Source: Octopus sinensis (taxonomy: Eukaryota). From it: a stretch of DNA of 64,000 bases. A program made the translations under genes and the position numbers. The DNA lies in NCBI RefSeq assembly GCF_006345805.1, contig NC_043008.1:25482001-25546000 (forward strand). Direction: 5' to 3'. Shown here in pieces: positions 23,109-35,599 of this stretch. How positions within the stretch are numbered: the stretch's first letter is position 1; every line of letters begins with the position of its first letter. The notes under the pieces are model-generated. The model saw only the letters and a program-made list of their open reading frames with translations. It ran no database searches and was not told the DNA's origin.

Positions 23109-23637
23109 ATTAGCAGTATTGCCCGGCTTTGCAAAATGGTCACATTTAATTCAAAGCATTAAAAATGTTATGAAAACAATTGGTATGTGTTCACAAAGTC
23201 CAAACGATTAATATGAAAAAAACCCCCAGGCTACATCCAGAAAGTTCATTTCTTTGCCGAATTTCTACAATGTTTACAGCGATTCGTTTTTATATCTTGA
23301 TTTTTTATTTTTCATGCAATTTACACATGCTTACACGCATGGTGAACACAGTTCACGTCAAACAGCTGACTGAGTAAAGTTCACTATTCAATGCATGGGA
23401 TAAGGCCTAAACAAACACATTATCGATTTTTGCACTTGCGAGATGAATTTCGGAACAGAAATAGAGCAGTTCAATTTTCATTCGCCTAAACTTTAAGTGA
23501 CCCATTTTTGGTGGTTCTCCTCCTAGCCAACAAATCGTAGATTTGTTGGCTAGGAGGAGATGTGCCGGGAAGTTAAACACACAGACACACACGCAGATAC
23601 ACACAGAGACACACAAGTTGAGTTTTATATATATAGA
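23109..23637 (-). mobile_element. Non-autonomous Lep1-type Helitron, family A copy 1
   Basis: Minus-strand 5' end tctatatatataaaac with a (GT)-rich tract; 3' end ccgggcaatactgCTAAT; duplicated at 24223-24700. Confidence 0.7.
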
Positions 23638-23640
23638 TAT

Positions 23641-24003
23641 ACTAGCAGTATCACCCGGAGTTGTTTGAGTTTGTTTCGACCCTTTAGAATTGAAATTTTT
23701 GAAAAGTAAAAATTTTGCATTATGCAACTTGTTATTCTCTTCAAGTGAACATTTTTCCAGTTGAAATACACCGAAAAATGGTGACATAGCAGTCAAAAAT
23801 AGTAAAAAATAGGGATTTTCATAGAAAAAAAGCACCTTTTTGATGTAAATAATTTTTGGTGTTAACATGGTCTGATTTGAATTTTATCTTCTACATACTC
23901 TCAATTTTGGTCAACTTGCGCAGCAGGGTCTCGAAGGAGATAGTGTTAGTTGAAGGCTACCAAACCTTCTACACACAGACAACTTCAGCTTTATATATAT
24001 AGA
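23641..24003 (-). mobile_element. Non-autonomous Lep1-type Helitron, family B
   Basis: Minus-strand 5' end tctatatatataaagctgaagttgtctgtg; 3' end ccgggtgatactgCTAGT. Confidence 0.75.
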
Positions 24004-24108
24004 TTTGCTACACACTACTTTCCATCCTTTATAATGAAACTTGGTAGATCCAAAAGTTAAACACACAGATAAAACACAGACACACAAGTTGAGTTTTATA
24101 TATATAGA
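24004..24108 (-). mobile_element. Helitron family A 5' end fragment
   Basis: aagttaaacacacag..caagttgagttttatatatataga, the same end as 23570-23637. Confidence 0.6.
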
Positions 24109-24109
24109 T

Positions 24110-24725
24110 TTCTCAATGGGGATTTCAGGGGAGAGTTTCAGGGAGTTGCTGGTGATGTCTTGTGATGATCAAAAATCCAGCCTGCTAAAATTTGGTTAAA
24201 GTGATTCAAGCTGCAGACTCAATGCAAAATGGTCACATTTATTTCAAAGCATTAAAAATGTTATGAAAACAATTGGTATGTGTTCACAAAGTCCAAACGA
24301 TTAATACGAAAAAACCTCCAGGCTACATCCAGAAAATTCATTTCTTTGCCGAATTTCTATAATGTTTACAGTGATTCGTTTTTATATCTTGATTTTTTAT
24401 TTTTCATGCAATTTACACATGCTTGCATGCGTGGTGAACACAGTTCACATCAAACAGCTGACTGAGTAAAGTTCACTATTCAATGCATGGGATAAGGCCT
24501 AAACAAACACATTATCGATTTTTGCACTTGCAAGATGAATTTTGGAACAGAAATAGCGCAGTTCAATTTTCATTTGCCTAAACTTTAAGTGACCCACTTT
24601 TGGTGGTTCTACGATTTGTTGGCTGGGAGGAGATGTGCCGGGAAGTTAAACACACAGACACACACACAGATACACACACAGACACGCAAGTTGAGTTTTA
24701 TATATATATATATATATATATATAG
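24110..24725 (-). mobile_element. Non-autonomous Helitron, family A copy 2
   Basis: 24223-24700 is closely similar to 23131-23637. Confidence 0.7.
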
Positions 24726-25300
24726 CAGCAGAGTGACAAAACCTTTTTGAATGGTCTGGGCATTGCTGTTTTGTAGAGTTATGTTGATAAAAGAGGTTGT
24801 TTGGTGGACAAGGTTGAAAGGCATGAGGACATAGACAATCTTCCTTGGTAGAGCCCACATCGACTTTTTTCAAGTTTCACTTGAGGAGGAAAGTGAGGGT
24901 GGAGAGGAAGGTGCTGTTTTTGAGTTAATTTATTGAAAGGAGGGTGTAAGTTGCAAAAATGACGAATGGTGGGTACCACTTTAAGTGTAGACCTGTGATT
25001 CAGAGAAAAAGAATTGGAGAGGGTACTTGCAATTGATGTTCAAGGAGATCGTAGATGGAGGATTTCCTTGATTATTCCTAGAGGCCTTCCTAAATCAGAA
25101 CGACCACATCTCCATCATCCTTTATTTTTTTCCCTTCTTTCCATTTATTATTTCAAACTATGTATACTTCCCTTCTTTGTTTCATTGTAAACCATGTATA
25201 CTTTATCTTCATATGTAAATTTCCACTCTTTATGTCTATCTTTGTATTGTCCCCTCAACATTCACACTGGTTGCAAGTAAAATAAATCCGTATTAATATA
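24725..25300 (+). mobile_element. Possible 3' end of a Tx1/L1-like LINE
   Basis: Broken reading MLIKEVVWWTRLKG..FFKFHLRRKVRVERKVL..FIERRV, followed by a pyrimidine-rich UTR-like tract ending aaataaa. Family assignment is from memory of such C-termini. Confidence 0.4.
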
Positions 25301-26958
25301 TGTAGCACAAAAAAATAAAAAAAGAAATGGTAACCACACAGTAATTAAAACAAGATATATTTGTTATGTCTAAATTGTGTCAAGAAGGGTTATTTTCATT
25401 GAAGCAATTAGGGATGATAATTTTAGAGAGAGATGAGTCTTAATAGATATCCTGTCATAGTGTTATTACTGTTTAATCTTAGATCAAACTTGATTGAACA
25501 GACCTTTAATTAAAGACACACTGGTCTTGACTATTTTTTCTCAGTGCACCCACATCCATATCATCCAATGTAATCTGGCAGAGATTTAGTTGCTATAGCT
25601 AGCAGACTAGAGAACCTACATTGAGAACCTACATTGAGACATAGAGAACCTACATTGACTTGTGTTATGTTGTTCTTAACGATGGTCATCAACCTGTATA
25701 GTATGGTATTCTGTATTGTAGTGACCCAGAGAAGAGAAAAAGGGTTTATCATCAGCAAAAGGATGAAAGGAAGAAAAAACAAGAATATGTTTTTTAAAGT
25801 GATGTAAGAAGAAAGATAATTAAATAAAAAGAGAAATATAGATAGAGAGTGGGAGGCACTTGAAGGGCCAAGAATAAATACAAAGAGGAAATGAAAATAC
25901 CTTTTCCTTTTCTGATATTTCAAATAGAAACAAAAACTTACTTAGTGTATATTTAAATGAATAAGACTGCAGAATTCTTTAACATACATTTTGGAGACTT
26001 AGGAATTCTAGAAGGATAGGGTATATATACACTAAGAGCGCACTACCAAAGAAGGAATCAAAAAGAAGAAAAGTCAATATTAATTTGCTGTTTATTTAAC
26101 CCTAGGTCTTCCCAGATGAAACAGAGTTATGATGAAAGGTATCCGAGGTTGACAAGTATCCAGGATTACAGTCTTTAGTTTTCAAAGTGAACTCTGAATT
26201 ACATTATTTTGTTGTCCTTTTTTAAGGTGGTAGACTGTAGTCTGAAAGAGGGTTGGTGGGTATTTTTGGCAGGTTGAGTGGCAACGAGAAGCTTCCATGT
26301 AAGCTTGCCAGTAGGAGGTGATGGTGCTAGTGGTGTTAATGTTGGTGGTATTGATTTTATGGGTGGGTAGTAATGGTAGTAGTTGTGATTGTGGTAGATT
26401 GGGGTGGAGGTGGTGGTGAGCAATGAATAAAAGTGATACAAGCTTGACATTCTCATTTCCCTTACTGGCTGACAACTAACTACTTGTGCAGCACAAGCTG
26501 CACATTGTCTTCCAACAGAGATAAACAGAGAATGAAGCTTAGCAACAAATAACTTAAACAACAACAACAACAACGAAGAAAATGGTTGATGTTGCATATA
26601 TGCAACTACAACTACTACTACTACTACTATGTACATTCATCTGTCCAATGAAGACTTTGAACAGCCACTCAGACACCAAATGTATGTGTGTGTGTGTGTG
26701 CATAAATTTCTTTACATCAACTGTTTAAATGCTTATAATAGATATAAATCAGTGATGTTTATTAAAAGATAAGAAGTATGTATATATACCTAATACATTC
26801 ATATATATATATTATATATACGTGCGTATATATATATACATATATATATATATATACACACACATATATATATATATATACACACACACATATATATATA
26901 TATATCCACATATATATATACACATACATGTGTGTGTGTGTATTTATATATAAAACAT

Positions 26959-27375
26959 AGGCGCAGGAATGGCTGAGTGGTTAGAAGCTTGCTTCCCAAT
27001 GATATGGCTCTGGGTTCAGTCCCATTGCATGGCACCTTGGGCAAATGTCTTCTAGTATAGCCTTGGACCAACTAAAGCATTGTGGGTGGACTTGGTAGAT
27101 GGAAACTGAAAGAAGCCCATCGTATACACACAGACACACACACATATGTATATATTTGTGTTTGTAACTGTGTTTGCCCCCCCCCCAACACACACAATTG
27201 CTTAACTAATGCTGGTGTGTTTACGTCCCTGTGATTTAGATGTTTGGCAAAAAGAGACCAATAAAATAAGTACTAGGCTTACAAAGAATAAGTCTTTGGT
27301 TTGATTTCTTCAATGAAAGGTGGTGCTCTAGCATGGTCACTGTCAAATGACTGAAAGAAGTAAAAGAATAAAAGA
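26959..27375 (+). mobile_element. Near full-length tRNA-derived SINE with an internal microsatellite
   Basis: ggcgcaggaatggctgagtggttagaagcttgc..gggttcagtccc..caccttgggcaaatgtcttc head; tail ..aatgactgaaagaagtaaaagaataaaag. Confidence 0.88.
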
Positions 27376-28046
27376 AAACAAAGAATAGGCATGGTATTTA
27401 TCTACAGATCTACCTGCTTTTCCTGCCTGACCAAGGAAGATATGGGACAAAGTGGTAGAAGCTGACTGTATGGACTGACCACAACAAACTCATCTACCCA
27501 TGGCACAATGCACCATCCTAACACAGTGGCAGGGCTTAAGAAGTTGTAATATGCATTTGTGTGTGTGTGTGTATATGTGTGTGTATGTATGTGTGTATCA
27601 TCATCATTTCTCATTCATATTTTTGAAGTCCACTTTTCCATGCATACATGGATTGGATAGAATTTATTCAGGTAGAATATATAAACACACACGCATGTAC
27701 ATACACATGTACAGGCATATATGTTTGTTTGTGTGTGTATACACACACACACGCACATGCACAGAGAGAGGGAGCGAGGGGTAATAGAAGCCTGAAACTG
27801 TTTGCTGTGAGTGATGAAGCGATGAGAGTTACAGAGGGACAGTGAAGAAATGTGAGATGAAGGGGCAGTAAGATGGGTTTGGTGGACAGTATATATATGC
27901 ATATATGTATGTATGTGTGTGTATATGTATACATACATACATGCATATATGTATGCATGTGTATATGTATACATACATACATGCATATATGTATGTATGT
28001 ATGTGTCTATGTTTACATACATATACACACATGCATATATATGTAT

Positions 28047-29375
28047 ACTAGCATTATGACCCGGCATTGCCGGGTCATAGTGCTAGTTTGGTATAAATTT
28101 GTTAAATTAAAAATTTGGGGTAATAAAACATACAATGACATATTAAAAAGACGAATTAAAATTCCAGAAAAAAATACATTGTAGATAAATATACAAATTT
28201 CCAAAATTTCATAAAAGTTTCGGAGATGCGCCAATTAATATGAAACATATCATATATTTAAAATTGACACTCCCCTCGTCAGGATGTTTTTTACACACAA
28301 CACATAGTACATGGAAACAAATGCACAATTACATACCTGCTACATGTGAAAGACCAGACATTATGTACTCCCCAAAATTCTCATAGATACTGAATGCTAC
28401 TTTATAAGCATATAATTCAATCTAGCAGCTATAGTAAATGGTATGCGCACAGCTCCATCTGGACTAATTCACTTCTGCACCCAATTAAATTTTTCATCTT
28501 TTAATTTCTCCCATTCATGCAAAACCACATATTCGAGTTCAAGTCCTTGATACATTTTATACTAATTGCTATTTTTTCTTTTAATTGTTATATTACGATT
28601 TAATTACCATTTTAATAAAATAAAATATATTTAATTACTACTTACTATATTTAATTCAATTGTTATTATTACCTGTAACTTTTATTGCAATTTTTATTTC
28701 TAAATTTCTTATGGAACGTTGAGTGGATCTTATGCGTACAATATATTTTCATATGATGGTTATATATTTATATATTACTATATATTTCTAAATGTCGAGC
28801 TTTATGTCTTTTCTGTAGACATAAATGAATATATGAATATATGTATGTGTTTGATCTTCCTGTGGATTTTGTAGTGCTCTTGTAGTTGCTGCTCGCATTG
28901 CCTCCCCTCGGATTAAAAAGTGTATACAGCTCATTTGAACACTACTATTCCGGTCTGTTATATATTTTGAGCATTGTTGTCACTAACGATCTCGAGATAT
29001 AACTTTATATTTTGTAATATATATATACACATACATCCATATACATACAATAGAGAGATGTTTTTGTTTCACTTTTAACACGTAATACTGAAATAGTGGA
29101 GAAGATATGATATTGCTGTGGGCTTGCTCTAGGCAAGAAGTTACATGACACTACATGGACCCTAAGTAAGGCATGTGTAAAATTTGAAAGAAATTGGTTG
29201 TGTAGTTCTCAAGTTTTAGGGAATCAGAGTGGAGAAGATATGATATTGCTGTGGGCTCACCCTAGGCAAAAAGTTAAAAAAAATGAAATTGGTTGTGTAG
29301 TTCTCAAGTTTTAGGGAAATACACAGACATACAGACAGACAGACAGACACACATTCTCAGTTTTATATATATAGA
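28047..29375 (-). mobile_element. Non-autonomous Helitron, family C (~1.3 kb) with an internal 133-bp duplication
   Basis: Minus-strand 5' end tctatatatataaaactgagaatgtgtgtctgtctg; 3' end is a 41-nt palindrome ending CTAGT; 'agtggagaagatatgatattgctgtgggct' occurs at 29095 and 29228. Confidence 0.65.
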
Positions 29376-29522
29376 GATATATATGGATATATAAACATAT
29401 GTATATATTTATATATGTATGTGTACATATATGTATGTGTGCATGTGTACATATATATATATAGCTATTTCTCTCTCTATGTGTCTATCTGTCTATCTAT
29501 ATCTATCTATACACACACACAG

Positions 29523-29574
<52 letters not shown>

Positions 29575-29578
<4 letters not shown>

Positions 29579-29790
29579 TCTTTTATTGTTTTACTTGTTT
29601 CAGTCATTTTACTGTGGCCATGATCAAGCACCGCTTTTAGTTGAGCAAATCGACCCCAGGACTTATTCTTTGTAAGCTTAGTGCTTATTCTATTGGTCTG
29701 TTTTGCTGAACTGCTAAGTTACGGGGACATAAACACAACAACATCAGTTGTCAAGCAATGGTGGGAGGACAAACACAGACACACAAATAC
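29575..29790 (-). mobile_element. SINE 3' half
   Basis: Reverse complement of the tail seen at 27180-27375. Confidence 0.85.
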
Positions 29791-29927
29791 ATACATAAAT
29801 ACATACATTGGAAAGAACCAGAAGGATAATTACAGAGTAGCTAAATATTGCTTAAGTGTCCCAGGAAAGAATGATTAGGCTTATGTGTAGTTTGATTCCA
29901 GGATAAGTAAGTCGTATTTAGGAGGAA

Positions 29928-29999
29928 ATATCTTCATATCTTCTACATATGTTTCGATGAATGCATTCATCGAAACATATGTAGAAGATATGAAGATAT
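29928..29999. repeat. Perfect 72-bp palindrome containing the 3' half of an HHR on both strands (H7)
   Basis: atatcttcatatcttctacatatgtttcgatgaatg|cattcatcgaaacatatgtagaagatatgaagatat; contains cGAAAC-ATAT-GTA as in H4. Confidence 0.95.
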
Positions 30000-30229
30000 A
30001 AATGTTTTTTATTTGCTTTTTAAGGCTACAGCCAGCCATTCAGTTGAGACTCACAGCACCATCAACAATCATGAACAATGTTGTTATTGTGCAATGCCTG
30101 TGCAGGAAGATTTTTTTTTTTAAAGTGCGGAAAGGCTGTGCACTGAGTCAATCTCACTCACTAAGCAACAGCAGCCATAATCCAAAAAGAAGAACAAGTC
30201 AACATCATCGGTAACCACTGAGCCACAGA

Positions 30230-30560
30230 TTTTCTGTGGGAGTTATCCCAGTTACCTGAGTTACCTTCTCCTAGAAGGATGCCCTAGCAAAGGCTAGGAG
30301 TCCTTCACTTCCAATGGTTTAACTGCGCGATTGGGTATTCAGTCCGATTATTTCTATGTCCCTGTGCATGATACAGCCTTAAGGCTTAAAAAAAAGAAAA
30401 AAATTACACATTTATTGGATGGCCGTTAACTCTCAAGAGTTCCTCCGCCCTTTGACGGGTTTTGTTTTTCATCCCGCAGGGTGTCCAATAAACACTCTCC
30501 TCACCAAGCAAGCTTGGTGGGGTTGCCGGTTTAGTCTGCATATTTGCTCTGCCCCAAGTC
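30230..30560 (-). mobile_element. Probable RTE LINE 5' UTR remnant
   Basis: Minus strand ..ctcctagcctttgctagggcatccttctaggagaaggtaactc.. resembles the RTE 5' UTR motif as recalled; several GC-rich hairpins. Confidence 0.4.
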
Positions 30561-32589
30561 CACTTACGATTCTATTACCTTACACTTCTTCCATCCATGA
30601 CACCCACTCTTCATCACACTCACAGTATAGTCTTTCTTGAGTTACATCTGTTGCCTCCCAACAACCTTCTCTTACCATTTTCTTACTACCAACTCTTACA
30701 ACTCTAAGGTGTTCTCAAACTTTTTCCTACCTCACTGCACTTGCTGTACCTACCCACTGTTACTCCTTACTTACTCTCCTTTTTCAACATCCTCTCTTCA
30801 CTGCCTCCTTATCTAGGATGTTTTTGTAACATTCACACTTTTTGATATTCTCTTTCTTCTTAAATCCAAAATGCACTTCAGCATGTCTTTCCCTAACTGT
30901 TCTCAATGTGTTTAGTATGCAAAATTGATATATCCAATAAAGTTACACCACTATTTAAGTCATAAGTTTGTGGATGATAACTGAGTCGGGTGGGTGCTGA
31001 GGAAGGAGAAAAATCCTAAAAAATGGCATATACACCCATTATCCATTTTTCTCCTTCAACCTCATTGTTGTACTTGGATAGGAAACATCATTACAAAATC
31101 AGTGCTGGCTATAATTTCTATAGGAAATCTGTAGAGATAAACTTAACAAGTAATTGCTCCTCTGACTACTGTGATGCACTGCTCCCTCACCCTTTGCCTC
31201 ATATCCTCTTGTTGCCCTCTTCTTAACACTCCTTACCTTTCCCCCTCTGTCCTATTCTCACACATCTCTTTCCTTCATAACTTCCACAGGATTGTCCTCC
31301 ACCCTAGTTTATTGCTCCTTGCCAGTCCCCTTTCCCTCACATCATTCCATTGACTAATTGTTTTTCTTTTTCTCAGCTTCCGTTGTGTCTAAATATTCTC
31401 TTAAACTTTTTCTCAAGGCTGAAAGATACACACTCATCAATTTTTTATCTTGCAACATTTCCCCTATCTAATCATCTATCTACCATTATTCCCCTTTTTG
31501 TACTTATCTTTCTGTTCCTTTTTCTGTCTAGCATTAACTTAGCATCAATCTTTCTCTCTTTTTCTCTACTTACCCTTTGTTTACATTCTTTTATGTTTTT
31601 ATCATTTAACACTTCTATTTTTGCATCTATTTATCCTTTACATCTTTATTTATTCCTATCTTTGTTCTTTCCTCTTCTACTGTTTTGCCTCTTAGACATG
31701 ATTTGCTCTCTTTATCACTCCACCTGTCTTTCTTTCAACTCACCTGTTCCTTTTACTTTTCTCCTCTCCCACATGATACCATAACACCTTCTTCTTGCTT
31801 CTCAAGCCACTAATTTCTTTTTAATTGCCTCTTCTAACGGTCAGTTAGTTTACCAGTGTCTGATGTCAAAAATTTTTAAACTTGTTTGCCTAATACTGGA
31901 AGGTGTTTTATCTTTCAAGCATTATTTCACATACTTTATTTTATTTTTGTCTAAGTCAAAAGACATTCTAAGTATATTTCTTTCTTTATGTTGTTTTGTA
32001 CTTTTTGTGTTAGTATTCTTATTTATAGACCCGTGCCATATATTTCTCCTCATCTGCTCACAACTCACCTTTACTAACCATTTAGTCTACAGAACTCATC
32101 TTTCCACAACTGTAATTGTCTAAATTTTGTCTGTTTTGTTTGTCATGTTTACTTGTATATACCCAAGCAGCTCATGATGCTAACACTACCAATATTGTCT
32201 GAATGTGTCAGAATTGTAATGATTTTTGGTCAACAACTATATTTGTTGCGTGTTTTGCTGTTTTTCCTGCATATTCCTTTGTCACCCATCTGTGCCTACA
32301 TTACATCTACACACACACACACACAGCAACACATACACATAAATACTGACTAAGATATATTATGTGATGTTTCTACAGGTTCACCTCATCCTTTTGTTCT
32401 TGAATCTCATCATTGGAGTGTTTTTAGTGCTTTGCACACCTTGTTGCATCTTAGCATAGTGGCTTCAGTTAAGCTTATTTCGGCTCATTTTTCCTGGCCA
32501 AATGTGCAACATTTTCTAATCTACAATGTCAGTGCTCAAAAGTACACAGACATGTTAGTGCATCTCTCAACAACTTTGAAAATCTGGAC

Positions 32590-32940
32590 ACTTGTTTCCA
32601 ACACATCCATATTGACTTGTTTGGTCCAAGGCCGGTTAGTTGTGGATTCACTTATAAGTATTTGTGTGTGTTTTTGTGTATCCATGTATATATATAATGC
32701 ATGTTCGTCCTTAGTTGAAAGACACCTGTTGTTATGTCCTGTTATTATTTTTATTGTATTTATTATTGTATCTATATTTGTGTAACTTTGTCCGTTTTCT
32801 TCTGTCCTTGTTTTTGTATACATTCGCTGCTTTCTTCCAAGGAATCTAATGCTCTTAGTTTAGTTTTTCTTTGCGGCTGGCCAGATTGGAGCAATCTCAA
32901 GAATAATCAGCCGAAATTGTGACGATAATTTGGTGCTTGA
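32590..32940. repeat. Interspersed repeat, related to 7750-7850 in the opposite orientation
   Basis: Shared 'aattg(t/c)ga..gat(a/g)at..gg' segment and a following T-rich region. Confidence 0.45.
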
Positions 32941-33959
32941 TTGACAAAACTACATCTCTCCTTCCTCTTCTCTTCTCCTCTCCTTCATGCACTATGCTTA
33001 TCTCTCCTTCCTCCACACCTGCAACCTTATCCTGTCCCCATTCCTTGCCAACTGTATCATGGCTATCCTCACCCTATATGCCTGTGTTCCACTAATCACT
33101 GCATTCTCAGGAACTCACTACACACACACCCTGGGCAATCTTCTACTGTTCCATTTGTATTCACTAACTTATACCCCGAGTGTATGCCCTGTCATTTCTC
33201 TTACTATTTCACTCTTGCTCTCTCTCACTCACTGTCTTTCCCTGTCAGTCTGTCTGTCTTTCTGTCTCTATCTCTGTCTCTGTCTCTCTCTGTCTTTGTC
33301 TTACTCTCTCCTTCTTTCTCTCTCTGACTGGGGTAACCCTGTATTTTCTCTACAGCAGGACCTGTTTCTGTTCCTCTGTCAAACTTCAACCTCTCATCCC
33401 CTGGGACAAAGCTACCTCCTTCATTACCTCACCCCACTCTTCAAAGAATATTTGCCTTGCAAGTTACTTGGTAATATCACCAGCGCTGGTGCCTTGTAAA
33501 AATCACCCAGTCCACTCCATAAAGTGATTGGTATCTGGAAGGTCATCCAGCCATAAAAACAATGCCAAAGCAGACCTCGCTGGTACATGCGTCATGTAAA
33601 AAGTATCTAATCCACTCTGTAAATTGGTTGGTGTTAGGAAAGCATCCAACTATAAAAACTATGCCAGAGCAGACCTTGCCAGTGTTGATGCCATGTTAAA
33701 AACACCCAATCTACTCTGTAAAGTGGTCAGTGTCAGGAAGGCCAACCAGCCATAAAAAATTTGCCAAAGAAAATTTACCAGCTGAGAAAAAGTGAACTGA
33801 CTTGCAAGACGGGAATCTAGCTGAATATTGGAAAAGAGTGATCAGTATCAGTGTGATTCATGCTGGCTGTCAAAATACTGACATAATGACTGCTGCTTCT
33901 GTTCTGTGAACACTGTAAAGGCTGTAAGACATAGATGGCTGCAATGGAAACTAGAAAAT

Positions 33960-34385
33960 TGTGGCCAGCAAGAAGGGACATTCTAGGTGTTTTGACTGTA
34001 TCCACATGCTGGAATTCATCCAACAACTGATGCTCAATTCAGACAGCTATGTGAAGCTGTTGGAGACTGTGAACAGACCCTAACTAGAAAAGGTTGCTGC
34101 TGGAAGGTCATATGTATGTCATTAGAGTTCAGTTCCCCTGCCATACCTCTGGTAAGAGTCAAAAGTAGTAATTGGAGAATTTCTATGACTTCACCAGCCC
34201 AATTTCTGGTCCCTTAATTCTCTTGATTGTAATTCCATGGATTGTTATATGTGGAGCATGGTTTAGAAAAACACTAACTGCTCTGCCTGCAATGCCAAGG
34301 CTGAGCTAGTGACGAAGATCGAAGTGGTGTTCAAAAATCTTTCTAGGGACACAGTGAAGAATATTTGTGCTATGTTCCAGACAGA
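33960..34385 (+). mobile_element. Tc1/mariner-superfamily transposase remnant (maT/DD37D-like)
   Basis: LNSDSYVKLLETV..EKVAAGRSYV..PCHTSGKSQK..NFYDFTSP..NS.DCN.MDCYMWS..ELVTKIEVVF; many stops. Confidence 0.65.
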
Positions 34386-35131
34386 TAACAATCCCTTACC
34401 TTCTTTAACCTGGGGTGCTAGTGTTTCTCCTTTCCTTACCCACTATCTTCACTACTTGACATTTTTATAAAGAATACATTTCTTGTCACCAGTCACAATT
34501 CAGTCCAAAAGAGGTTCTTTCATGACAGCAAAGAAGAGAACACATTCACTCTCCATATGTGATTAGACTCGGAAAGTTTGTGAGAAACCCATTGACAAAA
34601 ATTGCTGGCTTTTCTGATGGTACACAAGTATTAATGAATGATTAAATGACCAAATCCAAGCTTATCTATTAGTTCCTCAACAGTTATGATGGAATTTTGT
34701 TCCACCAGAGTTTGCAGGATGTCCTTGTCAAGCTCTACCATTCTTTAAAGATGAGGCTCGTCTTCTAGGCTCTAGTTTTCAGCTTGGAATTCTGGAACCA
34801 TCATTGATACTGGCTTATACTTATTGTCTGATTCCTATATACTACATTAATATTCCTCACACTTTCCATTGCATTGTTGCTTTTATTGAACTCAGAGCAA
34901 AATATGCTGAATATGTTCCTTTGTCACTTCTATTATAGCTTTGAAAAAATAACTGTTAAAATCGAACTGCATTCTTCAAAACTTGCACTAAGAATAAGGA
35001 CAAGGTAAAATTACTACCTGCTTTTATAGCAAGTTGATGCAGGTAGTTTATCCTGTCCCCCTCCAACTTTTATTTTATGCCATCAAAAAAACTGCATTAT
35101 TTATGGGATGATCTAATATATATGTACATAC

Positions 35132-35169
<38 letters not shown>

Positions 35170-35599
35170 ATATGCACACACACACACATACATGCACATA
35201 CACTCAGAGAGAGAGAAAAAGAGATCTTGTCAATGCTGATGCCATCTTCTCGCTTCCATGTTTTCCCTACTTAAATCAACTTACTTGGACTCAACAACTA
35301 CTAAGATAAATCAAACTTAAATATTTTTGCTACAGATATATTCTGTTACCTTGGTTACAGAACTTACAATTTCTAATAAGTTGTATGTGCATTATATTAA
35401 TAAACATGCAGGTTGATACAAATATTTCCTTCAGACTCAAAACTTCCTCTCTTAGTTCATACTTCAAATAATTAGCTTTATAATTACACACATAAAAAGA
35501 GCAAAGACATCTATGACACTAAACTTTTAATATACACATTTTTAATATCCTTGCAATGTTTCTTGAGAATAGACTTTGCGAGACAAATTTTGGTTTCAT

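Noticed and set aside
25606-25660. gagaacctacatt x3, and similar 18-20-bp tandem duplications at 51685-51850
   Set aside because: Ordinary slippage repeats with no spacers; not CRISPR-like.
28218-28285. CTGACGA + stem + GAAAC on the minus strand inside a Helitron
   Set aside because: No helix III partner or NUH triplet follows GAAAC, so the fold is incomplete.
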